A DNA stretch of 64,000 nt. Origin: Balanoglossus misakiensis (lineage: Eukaryota > Animalia > Hemichordata). This document shows, one piece after another, positions 36,641 to 48,100 of the stretch (position 1 is the first letter of the stretch; the number at the start of each line of letters is the position of its first letter). The notes below the pieces were generated by a model. The model was not told the DNA's origin. It did not search any database and worked only from the letters and a program-made list of their open reading frames with translations. The stretch lies in the NCBI GenBank assembly GCA_040954595.2, contig CM082583.2, positions 3,915,060 through 3,979,059 of the forward strand. Direction: 5' to 3'. Both the position numbers and the translations under genes were made by a program.

Positions 36641-38342
36641 TTAGTCGGGGTAGATAAGGAACCCACTGAAGGTGTTACAGGGAATACCGCCACCACAATA
36701 GTGAAATCTGTAACTGGTACCATCACGTAGCACTAGTTTGACTTCATCACCTCGGTTCAGGTGTAACATACCACTCTGAGATTGCAAAGTGTAGTCTGAA
36801 TAGCTACCGCGAAAAATTCTAAACATGGCGACACCATTCTGTTTAAGTCGTACATCAATGTTTTTGCCGGAAAATGAACGGAATGTGAAAGAAAAGTAAT
36901 AGAAGCCAGGAACCTCACAGGTAAACACACCTGAACCGAGATTGATATTTGCACCTTCGTTTAATATGACATCAGTATACGTGAGAGTTTGCTCTGAACT
37001 GGTCCCTTCTAAACCACTCTTCCCTGCTACAGTGAATGCCACCTTAGTAGCTTGTTGCACTTCGCCAGTTTCACCTTTCTGACCCTTGACCCCTGGTACT
37101 CCAGGTCCACCTGTAGTACCATCAGTCCCATTTTCACCGCTCTCACCCTTTGGACCTTGTGGACCAATTTTCCCAGGACGCCCAGTTTCACCTTTGTCTC
37201 CAGGTTCACCTAACATTGTGAAGACAAAGACATCTTGATCAATCTGTTGATTCATGGATTCCGATAAAATGTATTGAAATAAAGTTAACAAGCAGTAACA
37301 AACTGAATGTGTGTACTGTGTATTGATGCAGAGATGTCGGATTTAAGAAAATAAATTTTGAGTCGTGGAATATTTTGAATACGTCAAATTTCAGCTTTAC
37401 TGGTAAATCACTGATGAAGGGAAATAACCTTTCTTTGTGTTTAAAAATTCAACCTCAAAATAAATGAACAGGAAATTCCATTGCATATAACGTGATATAT
37501 TAAGTTGTCAGCCTATTTCTCATCACATTCTTTAGTCTAAATAATTCTACTCAGGATTTTTTGCGTCTGATGTTTGCTTCATGCAATAGTTTTAAAGACA
37601 ATACCTTTATCTCCTTTGACAGAAACATCGCCCTTCTCGCCTTTCTCACCAGGTTCACCTTTGACCCCTTGAGTACCAACGGGACCAATCACACCAGGCA
37701 GACCTACAACGTGGGAGAGAGGCTTCAACAATTACTCCTCCCATTGGTACACGTTTTAAAGGATTACAACCAGCTCTTATTTACATATGCCTATATGGTC
37801 AAAAGGGTGTGACTAAGCCTTCGAATTACCATGGCACACTATTCCGGGTGGCCGCGCCTTGAAAACCGTGTCTTGTTCATTGATGTTTGTGTAAAGACGA
37901 GTCTTTACTAAATTCTGTTTCTTATCAGAGGAATACCACTAAAAGTGTTACAGGGAGTTTAAGAAAAAAACTCCTTTCAAACTGACGTTAGTAAACAGCA
38001 ATATATTGCTTACTTAGTAGAATATGTTTGTAAACCATGTTAGTTGTAACCATAACATGTAATTGACTTGGAGGCAACAGTAACTTCCTGTTTACCGTCG
38101 TCAAATGTTTTTCCTAAACTCACTGTAACATGAAAATCATCTGTACGGAGATCAGTCTTACCCTGTCTTCCAACTGGACCGGGAATGCCGGGTGTCCCTG
38201 GAGGGCCTGGTGGTCCAACTGGTCCTCTTGTATCCGGACATGAATCCGGACAAATACTGAGACAATGGTCTGCACTAGTGTTTTGCGAAACGCATGTTCT
38301 CACAAACACGAACAGCAGCGCAATAGCGATGTTAATAGCCAT
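36641..38342 (-). CDS. C1q-like secreted protein B, 3 coding exons, 282 aa
   Basis: Exons 38342-38162, 37703-37605, 37209-36641. Paralogue of gene A with a longer collagen stalk and a gC1q head (GVFTCEVPGFYYFSF...TFSGFLIYPD). Confidence 0.9.
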
Positions 38343-38559
38343 GCTGAAAAAGTGCATAATGAGTAGGTAATTATAGAAGCAGCTCTCCAGTTGAGCGAAA
38401 ACCCGCAGTATCATGACAGATCGCAACTAAAAGCAGAATACATGGGCAGAAATAAAGGACATACAATGTGTATACGAATGTTATTGTTCCGTTCTGTCAA
38501 ACGGGCATAAATATGCAACCGTGATATGTGTTAAGGCTTGGTAAAAATTTATAACAATT

Positions 38560-38595
38560 CCCCCCCCCCCCTCTCTCTCTCTCTCTCTCCTTCTC

Positions 38596-38647
<52 letters not shown>

Positions 38648-38886
38648 CGTCTCTATCTCTCTCCGTCTATCTCTCGCCGTCTCTATCTCTCTCCTTCTCT
38701 CTCTCTCTCTCCGTCTATCTCTCGCCGTCTCTATCTCTCGCCGTCTCTATCTCTCTCCTTCTCTCTCTCTCTCTCGCCGTCTCTATCTCTCTCCGTCTAT
38801 CTCTCGCCGTCTCTATCTCTCTCCTTCTCTCTCTCTCGCCGTCTCTATCTCTCTCCTTCTCTCTCTCTCTCTCTCTCTCTCTCGCC

Positions 38887-38925
<39 letters not shown>

Positions 38926-38952
38926 TCTCCCCCCCCTCTCTCTCTCTCTCTC
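38560..38952. repeat. Complex (CT)n polypyrimidine microsatellite with CTCGCCGTCTCTAT variants
   Basis: Read directly from the sequence; it produces the spurious SL and RE ORFs in the ORF track. Confidence 0.95.
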
Positions 38953-39127
38953 AATTCTGGGAGATACTCTAGTGAATCGTATCACAACATTCAACTGCAG
39001 TACACACGTTTCGCAAATGGGATTCTAGCTGTAGATGTACCTAAAACGAGACCGCCAAATATCCTATATATTTTCAGCAAGCATAAAACACAGGACTGGA
39101 TATACAGTAGGCAAATTATCCAGTCGT

Positions 39128-39595
39128 AATTTTTGTTTCAAACTGAACTACCATTAGTCCATGCAGATGAAGGCAGTGAACTATACACAAGCATTATAAA
39201 CCCTAAATATGAGTGCATATGCAAGTTTTAACCAGATAAATAATAAAGCTTTGCCGCAAGCGATTATGGCCGCCACCGTGGGATAATGCAAGAAACAATG
39301 AAAATGTTGCATTTCCGGTTGTGAAACTTCATAAACAAAACATGATCTCACCCACTTGAGCTCATGGAAGTAAATGTACACCACTGAGAAATCAGATTTT
39401 AATTTTTGATTGCAATATTGCATTTTTTTTAAAATTGCAGGAATTTTCGTTTTTCTTTAATTTTTGGCAATTTTGTCATAAATAAGTGTTGAGCTTGATA
39501 TATTATCATGAAATATCATTTAATATACATAATTAAAAGCATATATGAGATTATTTAAAACTTTAATTTTTTATCCAGTTGCAGCTTACGTGCCT
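39128..39595. mobile_element. Family B element lacking its left terminus
   Basis: Near-identical to 10548-11015; ends CAGCTTACGTGCCT|TTAA. Confidence 0.85.
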
Positions 39596-39946
39596 TTAAT
39601 TATTATTTTAATTTTATTATTTTGTTTATTTTATCAACTCAAAAATAACTAAATTCATATAAATTTGTAAATAGTTTTTTTTTATAATTAGCCAAATTTT
39701 ATTGTTGTATGACTAAAAAATCATACGTTATTGTTACTATTATTACTATTTATTTTTAATTTCCAAACCCTACATCTAATCAAGTATTCGAGTGGTTTAG
39801 AATGATGTTTATTGCTTTGAATCCTTTGTCAGAAATATTTCGATTTCGTCATATAATTTTGGTAAAATCCGACACAGTGCCATACTCATTAAAGAGTAAG
39901 TACCAAAACTCCCAAGTCACGTGATTTGATGCTGCTTGTGTTGCAG

Positions 39947-40514
39947 CCTGAACATCCAAACCCTGGACAACCTTACGGTGGTGGTCAGTTCAAAGGATCC
40001 TTACGGGACGATGACAAGGGTCGTGAATTGCTACGACTGTTGAGGATTGCATTTGATCGCCGACTGACTTTCACTATCGATGGGGAATCAAACAAAGTAG
40101 ACTGGAATGGCATAACACATAAGAGATACAAGATGTAAGTTTGATTTCCATTATTGCTATTTCATCACACTGACACCCATATAATATCAATTAACCAACA
40201 ATATGTTACTTTTTTGCAATGTGTATCAGAAATTTAAAGGGGTCTTCATGTTAGCTCTTGTTTCCCTGTTTGGTTTGGTTTTTTTCTATCACGTCACTTT
40301 TTACGTTCAACATATTTGTTACAAAAACTTCGTACTGTGCTTTAGTGTATATTTGACATTTCCATTTAATGTCATAATTTGTAATCGTTAGTCGTAGTTG
40401 AGAGTTACCAACTACAGATTTGTTTATTTATCCAGGCGTATTTGGATAGAAGATGACTGGCCATCTTATGTTTCAAAAGTGAAGAAAGAATTGGCTGCAA
40501 AAGGAGTGGTGTAA
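39947..40514 (+). CDS. 3' exons of a divergent Deltex-family (DTX3/DTX3L-like) protein, Deltex C-terminal domain; 5' part not found
   Basis: Exon 39947-40134 (PEHPNPGQPY...GRELLRLLRIAFDRRLTFTI...WNGITHK) splices in phase 2 to exon 40436-40514 (..PSYVSKVKKELAAKGVV*). This matches DTC motifs HPNPG / LL..AF..RL.FTI / WN.IHHK / EL.AKG. A possible preceding exon at ~38973-39030 (ESYHNIQLQYTRFANGILA) has a weak donor. Confidence 0.75.
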
Positions 40515-41473
40515 ATGTCAAGACGCCCTCACAACGTGGTTGTAGCCACCACATGGAATGCATAATGAGAAAGACCTCAAGTGAATGTCAAGTACTCCGT
40601 GACGAATAGTCATTCTCTCTCAAATTATTTGGAGTTTTATAAATATTTTATTGTATTATACCGAATAAGATTTGGTAAAGGAAAGCTAGTGTAGAATCGG
40701 ATTTTGTCAAGAAAAATGTAGAAGATAAGGATTACTCTGTGTGTAGTCACGGTATATTTCAAGTACAGAATTATCGCTGATCTGGTTCAGTTCATTTGGG
40801 ATAATTGCATAAAATGAATGTAGTAATAAACTCTATAAAACTCTCAGCACAGTACATGTAGCCTACATGTATACACTCGACATTTGGTTAGAAATACCAC
40901 ATTATCCCAAAGTACAACGAATACTATTTTTTTTACCCACTGATTTGTAATATAAAAGAAATTCATTTTTCTTATACTTAGCACTCAAATCTAATTCTTG
41001 CATATATCCAAGTTATTTTACACAGTGGGGTTTTAACACATTACTACACAGAATATAGATTTGAAAGCCATGTCAATTTTTGCAAAATAATTCTGAAGAT
41101 ATTTAAATTCCATCAACACAAATGATATCAATTTATCACATGATAATATGGTTTCTTGAATATAGTCTTACAAGTAACATTTTATTTTCAATTATGTACA
41201 TAAAATTTGTAACATGGGAAATAAATAACCAATAAAAACCAATACTCATGGTTTTGTTACGTCTGTAAATCTAATAACGGATCCTATCTATCTTGCTAAT
41301 AATCTGTTCTGAACCTCTAGGCTAACGCGTATCTGTTGTGATTGGACAAAAGCTATTTCAAACATTACAACCTCGAAGTTTGAGTTTGTTTGCCAATCAA
41401 AATATGCTTTGGTGAAGTTGAATGAGAAACACTCCTTATCAAACTATGGAATATGGTTACAAGTCAAAGATCG

Positions 41474-41552
41474 TAGTCTGGTCCCCTGCCCCATTCCCAA
41501 AGCTGTGCTACGTAGCGCAGCCAGCGGTGGGATTGGGGCAGGGACCAGACTA
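41474..41552. mobile_element. 79-bp mini-element made of the two fused TIRs of the Academ-like element
   Basis: TAGTCTGGTCCCCTGCCCC...GGGGCAGGGACCAGACTA; matches the ends of 29605-30421. Confidence 0.75.
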
Positions 41553-42091
41553 GAGCCAGCGCCAGAAACGGGGGGCCTAGGGGAACCTACCCTGCCTGGC
41601 AAACCCAAATAATCTAAGGGGACCGCACTTCGTACCTCGATCTCTCCGAGTGATCCCATGTGTATTCGATAGATCAGAATGTATCGCACTAGAGGGTATT
41701 TAAAACCCGTGACAGTGTTGGTTACAATCTATAAATTAATTTTATTAACCATATAAAGCTATCCTGGAGACAAACTCTACGACAGCACCCTTCAACAAAA
41801 TAGAATCTTCCAGTCACGGCGCATGCGTAATTTTGGGATATTTGTGTTCAACTTCTGAGGGACTCTCCGGTAGCTGTCAAGTCGCTGTGTTTTGACACAA
41901 ATTGCCGAATTTGAGCAAATTCCTCAGAGTTCGAATCGTCTATACGAACAGTCGAGTCATAGGATTTCCAAGTTTGTATCGAATCGATAATATCGTTCAC
42001 TTTTTCTCCATTTTTAAGCTGAAGACGCTTTAATAACGTTGCTGTTCATTGGTTCTACGACTACGGTGACTTTCATCTTTTAGCGTCGTGT

Positions 42092-42105
42092 GTAACCATG
42101 GCAGC
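42092..42105 (+). promoter_or_regulatory. Possible RFX X-box overlapping the TTC21B start codon
   Basis: GTAACCATGGCAGC is one mismatch from GTNRCCATRGNAAC, and ciliary IFT genes are typical RFX targets. It could also simply reflect the Kozak context. Confidence 0.3.
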
Positions 42106-45100
42106 TGCTGATTCAGTGACGCTGGTAAGTTGAAACAGGATTGGGGGTAGCAACCGTGCCCTTGAGGTACATAATCTAGCAAGTATTTCGTGGAAGCAGT
42201 AGGATTGATTAAAGTAATCGTTCTGGTACAGAAAACCCCGGCGCGGGCATGATATGGTACATACAACATGATCTGGGATAGCTGCAGCTCGGCAGCTCAA
42301 AAGTTTTGCCCCGTTGGTTTGTGTCTCAGTTCAGACAGCAAAACTTCGAGCTACTGAACTGCAGCTAGATCTGGGAGATAATTTAGTCTTTCAAATCAGA
42401 ATATCTGAGTTTCCACAAGGCATTTGCGTAGTTGGGGATTTGAACATGCTTGGATGTCATCATCTTGCATGTCATGGAGTGATGTTCGCACCATTCTGAG
42501 GAACTCTAGTGGGACTGTCCAGTTCCTAACCTGTCAATCATGACACAGCAAGGACGGTATAACAGTTGCTTGCGCCTCTGGAGCTCAATGTCACTCACAC
42601 CTTCAGTGCTCTGTTGTGATGTCATGAAACACTGAATCCACAAGGAACTCCCCTGTGATAGTTTACCTGCTTCGCTTATTTATACACAACGTGTCTTCTA
42701 ACATGTCCTTGTTATGGGATACAAGCATCATTGGGTGCTTGCAGGACTATGAAACCCCTTGCGTTACAAACCAAATCCAAACAAAAGTCATATACTAATA
42801 CTAGTGTTCGGCTAAACAATGAGACTCCAACTTCTAAGTCTTCTCTGGAATTTGAATATGTTAGTGGTTATTATTCAAATTGTATATAATTAATATCAGA
42901 TTTTAATTTCAGTTTTTAATGTCTCAATCCTACTGTTACTAAATGTTAATTGCAACATGGGAAATTTTTTTTACTCATAGTTGTAACCGTGATATACTAT
43001 TTTCCTGTTTATTCAGGCTGGTCTGAACTATTATTGCCGTGAAAGGTACTTCCGTCATATGCAGAATGTGGCTTTGGAAAGTCTGAAGAAATATGGCAGT
43101 GATCCTGTGCTCCTCTTTTTCAAAGCTTATAGTCTCATTTTGGAAGGTAAGGGATATGTCATTGTTAAGGTAGATGACTACTCACATGCAGTGTGTGCAT
43201 GGTTATCATATCCCATAGCCTGACATGCAGAATTTTGAGAAAACAGTGTTAGAAATTATTTTGTCATTTTCTTGACATTTTCATATAAGGTGCGAAAAGA
43301 GAAGAATTATTAAATGATCTAAGGAAAACGCTATGTCACCGTGCTTGATTTTTTTGATAGAGCTGTTCAGATATTTTCACCATAGGAAAACTATGGCATT
43401 AGTGCAAGAAAAGTGCTGAATCAGCATTTTCCACAATCTTTGAGACCCTCCGACAGAAAAAGTAGCATGGGAACACCATGTTGGCGCTGTATATTTGTTT
43501 TTAACATTCTTTGATAAATAATATACATATATAAATCAGGAAAATGGCATTATTCTTACTTGTGAGTAGTTGTCCGTACCGGTACATCTGTGGTGCCATC
43601 TTTCCATCCAGTCATTACTCAGGCGAAACGTGTATTCTTCTTTCATTTGTCAAACTTTTCCTTTGCCAAAGTGTTTTACTTAAGCCCTCGTAGTTTTCAT
43701 ACAAGAGTTAATGCTGAAAGAAACATTGTCAAAGCATTGTATATTATGCCTTGATCGTATAGATCGCATTCCAGAGGGTATGAGAGAGTTGGAAGCACTG
43801 AAAGACAAACCAGAAGTGATGTTATGTTCTATCATGGCTCTCATGTATGCTCACAAGAAATGTAAAACAGTGGGTGAGTATTATGTCACTTTGCATTCAT
43901 AACTACTAACTTTAACCCTTTCACCACCATGGTTTGGTCCAAACCCATTGTGTTCTATGGTAAGGTTGGACCTCTGTAGAGGGAACTGGGGGTGAAAGGG
44001 TTAAAGAAGTCTAGGAGCACCTACATTTGTGAGAAATTGTGCACAGACATATACAGTAGTTCAGAACAGTTGTCTGACAGTGCAGCCACCAAAATAGTTT
44101 GTCAGCACTTGAAATACAAGTTTTTTTAAATCTTGAAAAGATTGAGCTTGGTAAAAAATTTATTCCACTTTCACAAATTTTTAATCAAATGGAATCAAAT
44201 ACCACGCTGCAATCAGTGAATTTGATGTTTAAGTAACAGTGTGACATTTTCTTGTTTAGTGTTTGCGAATTAACACAAACCTCCTGTCCCTGTTTGTAAA
44301 AATGTAAGTCGAGAAAAGTCACTTCTCGCTTGACACCCCCAAAATTATGAATTTTTTATTGATTCTACAAGTAAACTACCGAAAGTGGCAAACACAGTTC
44401 TAAATTTCCTAGTTGAAGTCAGTTGCTGCCAGTTGGCTTGTATTATTTTTATCTCCAAACACCGGTACAGTGCTGTCTCACTTTTCATAAATTTTCCAAG
44501 TATTGTATGTGCCTGCAGGATAGGATGTGACAAAGTAAATCATTTGTGTAATTTACAGATAAAGAAGCTGTTCAAGAATTAGACGCTAAACTGAAAGAAG
44601 AGAGAAAACATGCCAGAGAGAAGGTATGGATTCTACTCTATTCACATTTACATGGATATATTTGTTTATTTCTATTAAACCACTTATTATGCGGTAGGTA
44701 GGCATGGTTGGTTATGTGATGTTCAGTAGTGGAGTTGAATTGGGGAGACCTTTGTGTTTGTTGACATTTCCCCCACAATGCCACTGATGTCTTTGTAACA
44801 GTAGTTACAGGAAGGCAAACAAATGTAAATATGCTGATTGATACTGATTTGGATTTACTGGTAGTATGTGCCACCCATTTTGATAAGTGTCTTACATTAT
44901 GACTGTACTAATGATAAAGCAATAAAAAATCATATTTTCATGACACTTTAGCTGTAATGATTATCTGGTCTGTTTCCGATCAATGTTTCTCCAGACTTGA
45001 TAGAGTTGGAATTCACATTAGAGTCTGACACTTTATCCTTATCATCTCAGTCAGTCTCTACATGACGTTTGCTCTACTCATACCAGAAAGTCGTGGTTTT

Positions 45101-48100
45101 CTGTATTTCTAGTTTCATTATTAAACATCCAAACGTCAAGATGTGACATAATGAATGTATTGTGTTTTTAGTTGACCACAAGTTTTAAAAATGCAGTTTT
45201 CCAGCAGTGCTCATCCCAAATCTTTTGGTTTCACAGGCTCTTTATTTTGCCGGGTTATTTCTGTGGCATACTGGCAGACATGACAAAGCGAGAGAATATG
45301 TTGATAGGATGTTGAAGATGTCACCACAAGCAGCAGAGGTATGTACCATTAAATTCTGATTTGTGGTGTAATTTGTTTTCACTGCAAAGGAACATTAGAT
45401 CAGTGAACTACCTGGAAAGGAAAAACTTTATATCCTTATACATGTGAGATGAACCCACAAGTGAGGTTCATGTGTTGTCATAAAAACATTAATGCATTAA
45501 TGTATGTAAATGCATTAATTGATTATTTCAGGGCTTAATATTGAGAGGATGGATCGACTTGACATGCGGAAGAGATGCTTATACCAAGAAATCCCTGAAA
45601 TACTTTGATGATGCTTTGAAGTAAGTAAATCACTGCATTTGGCATCACACACACAATTCTATGCGTGAGGATTTGATATGATTGGTTATATATTATTTCA
45701 CAATTTTGTATGCCCCAATGACCCAAGATGGACCAAACACACATCGTATGTCGTAATGTGCGAGGTGAAGCTCAGTACATTATGGAGTCCAGGTACAGTA
45801 AAACCTAACAAAATACTGATGTTAATATGTACAAAATGTCAATTTATTTATCAGTATCTCAGGCAAAGAAGTGGAGGCACTTTTCGGGAAGGCAAAGTTT
45901 TACGTCAGCAGACACAACTACAGTGGTTCATTGGAACTCATCAACCAGGCTGTTGTTGCATATCCTGGATTTATGCCAGCCCTTATTGAAAAAATGAGAT
46001 TGCAGCTGGCGTTGCAAGATTGGGAACAAACCATCGAAACATCACAGAGGTTAGTTTGTTTTTTTCAAGAGATTGTTAGTAGAAAAAATTCCAATGGAAC
46101 CGATGGATGGAAAACTTCATTTCATTATTTTATTTTCCTAAATCAAAACAGTGTACTTGATCTCAAAGTAATGGTTTTCAGTCAGTGGAACCAGTTGAAA
46201 TGTACAATTGTAGCTAAGAGTGATTTTAGGAAGTGTTACTGTAGATGTTCCCTGTGACAATGTACCCAAAGCTACAGTTGTTAATTTGTATATGAGTGAG
46301 TGTATTTTTGAGGTGTTCAACTATAGTTTCTTAATACATCGCTCTTCATTGTATTTCAGAGCATTGTCCCAAGACTCTCAAAGCATTGAAGCCACACGTG
46401 TTCAGATCTTACACATGTTATGCAGAGAAGGCAGTTATGATGAGGTCAGTTTTTTTGGCCCAGGTTTGACTCGGTCCTTTTTTGAGATGTTCTATGCAAC
46501 ATGCACTGATGCAGAGAACACATCAAATTATTAATATTTTCTTATAAACTTTCCCTATTGGTCCTATTACATCCCGGAACTTTCTGTGAACTCAATTTTT
46601 CTGAAAATGCTCATCAACTTGGTTTTAAGTTTGGTCTGCAGACTGCTGAACCCAAGGAAAATTCTCTGTCATTCATCCTTTATCCAATAAATTGTGTATG
46701 TCAAATACTAAATGCACCCTTGCAGTTTGTGGTTGTGTTAGACCATATATTCCTGATATCAAATGCCAATAATTCTGATAAAATGGGAGTACAGTGTCCT
46801 TGATGCTGTATTTTAAGATTTAAATTGTGAATTTTAATGTATGATGTGAACTTCAATCAGTCTTTTTCCTCATATTGCAGGCTGCTAATAAACTTGGTGA
46901 ATTAATACAGTTACTGGATCGATTTGAACCTAAGAATCCATGGATATACTACACAATGTCACAGGCATTCTGTCGTGTGGTAAGTTGATAATGATATAAA
47001 TCACATTGCTATGTCATTCCAAGTTCTTCTTAAACCAATGATTTACAAATTTAGTAAACATAGATTTACAGTAACTGTTGTAAAAATGTGTCTTCTATAA
47101 ATTTGACTCTAATGGCAATACCATTATGGCTGTCAGACAACCATTGTGTTAGAAATGTTCGTGTCATGAGTTGTTTCACTTGTTCTAACCGCATGATGTA
47201 ATTCATTGAACCAATCGAACGCTCACTCGCATGATGTTGTGTTGTGTTGTGATATGATCCAGACAAAATCAATGGTTTAAAACTAGAATGACACAAATCG
47301 GAGGCATTTAATATACGTAATGATCAGTGGGCCCTGCCTCTATGCCCATATGACGTGCCACTGACTCAACAAACTTACTTGTGACTCAAGAAAATGATCC
47401 ACGATCGAGGTATGTAAGAGTACTTCAAAGTGAATACTCGGAGTTCAATGACCAAGTTTGACTTCAAAGCCGAATTCTCAGACTTGTTCACTCCAACTAC
47501 CCAGACTTTCAAGTCCGACTCGGTCTTTGAACTCGGAGTATACACACTCTCTGAAGAACTCTTAAATGCAAAGGTATAGGGCAGACTCAGAAAAAAATTG
47601 GGAAGTCCTCAAATTGACTCAAATGTTAAAAATGAGATATTTTCTTGACTATTTTGAAATGTTTGCATTGTTTATTGACAGTGTGGTCGGAACACTCTAG
47701 TGTTGCAACAGACGTTTACTTTGATGGAGAGAGCACTGGGACTGGACAACATGAATTCAGAATATGCAACCGAAGCTGGCTATGAATTATTACTACAAGG
47801 CAAAGTCAGAGATGCTATGAAATGCTACAGAAATGCCATGAAATTGGATGAAACTAGTGTACCAGCTTTGACAGGTAAGAAATGTTGCACCATATCTTTC
47901 AACCTGCTACACAATGTACCAGTACTCGAATACTGGGATATTATTGTCAAAGCATGAAAATGGATACTCTGCAGTGTATTGAAGTTGCAATGGCACTACC
48001 ATTATAAAACCAACATTATACATGTACATCCATTCCTATCATTGGTATTTCTCCTTGCAATAGTACATATAGATTGTGTGTGATCCAAGACATGTATTCA

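Noticed and set aside
38538-38972. 144-aa SL-rich ORF and the antisense RE-rich ORF
   Set aside because: Both are translations of the (CT)n microsatellite.
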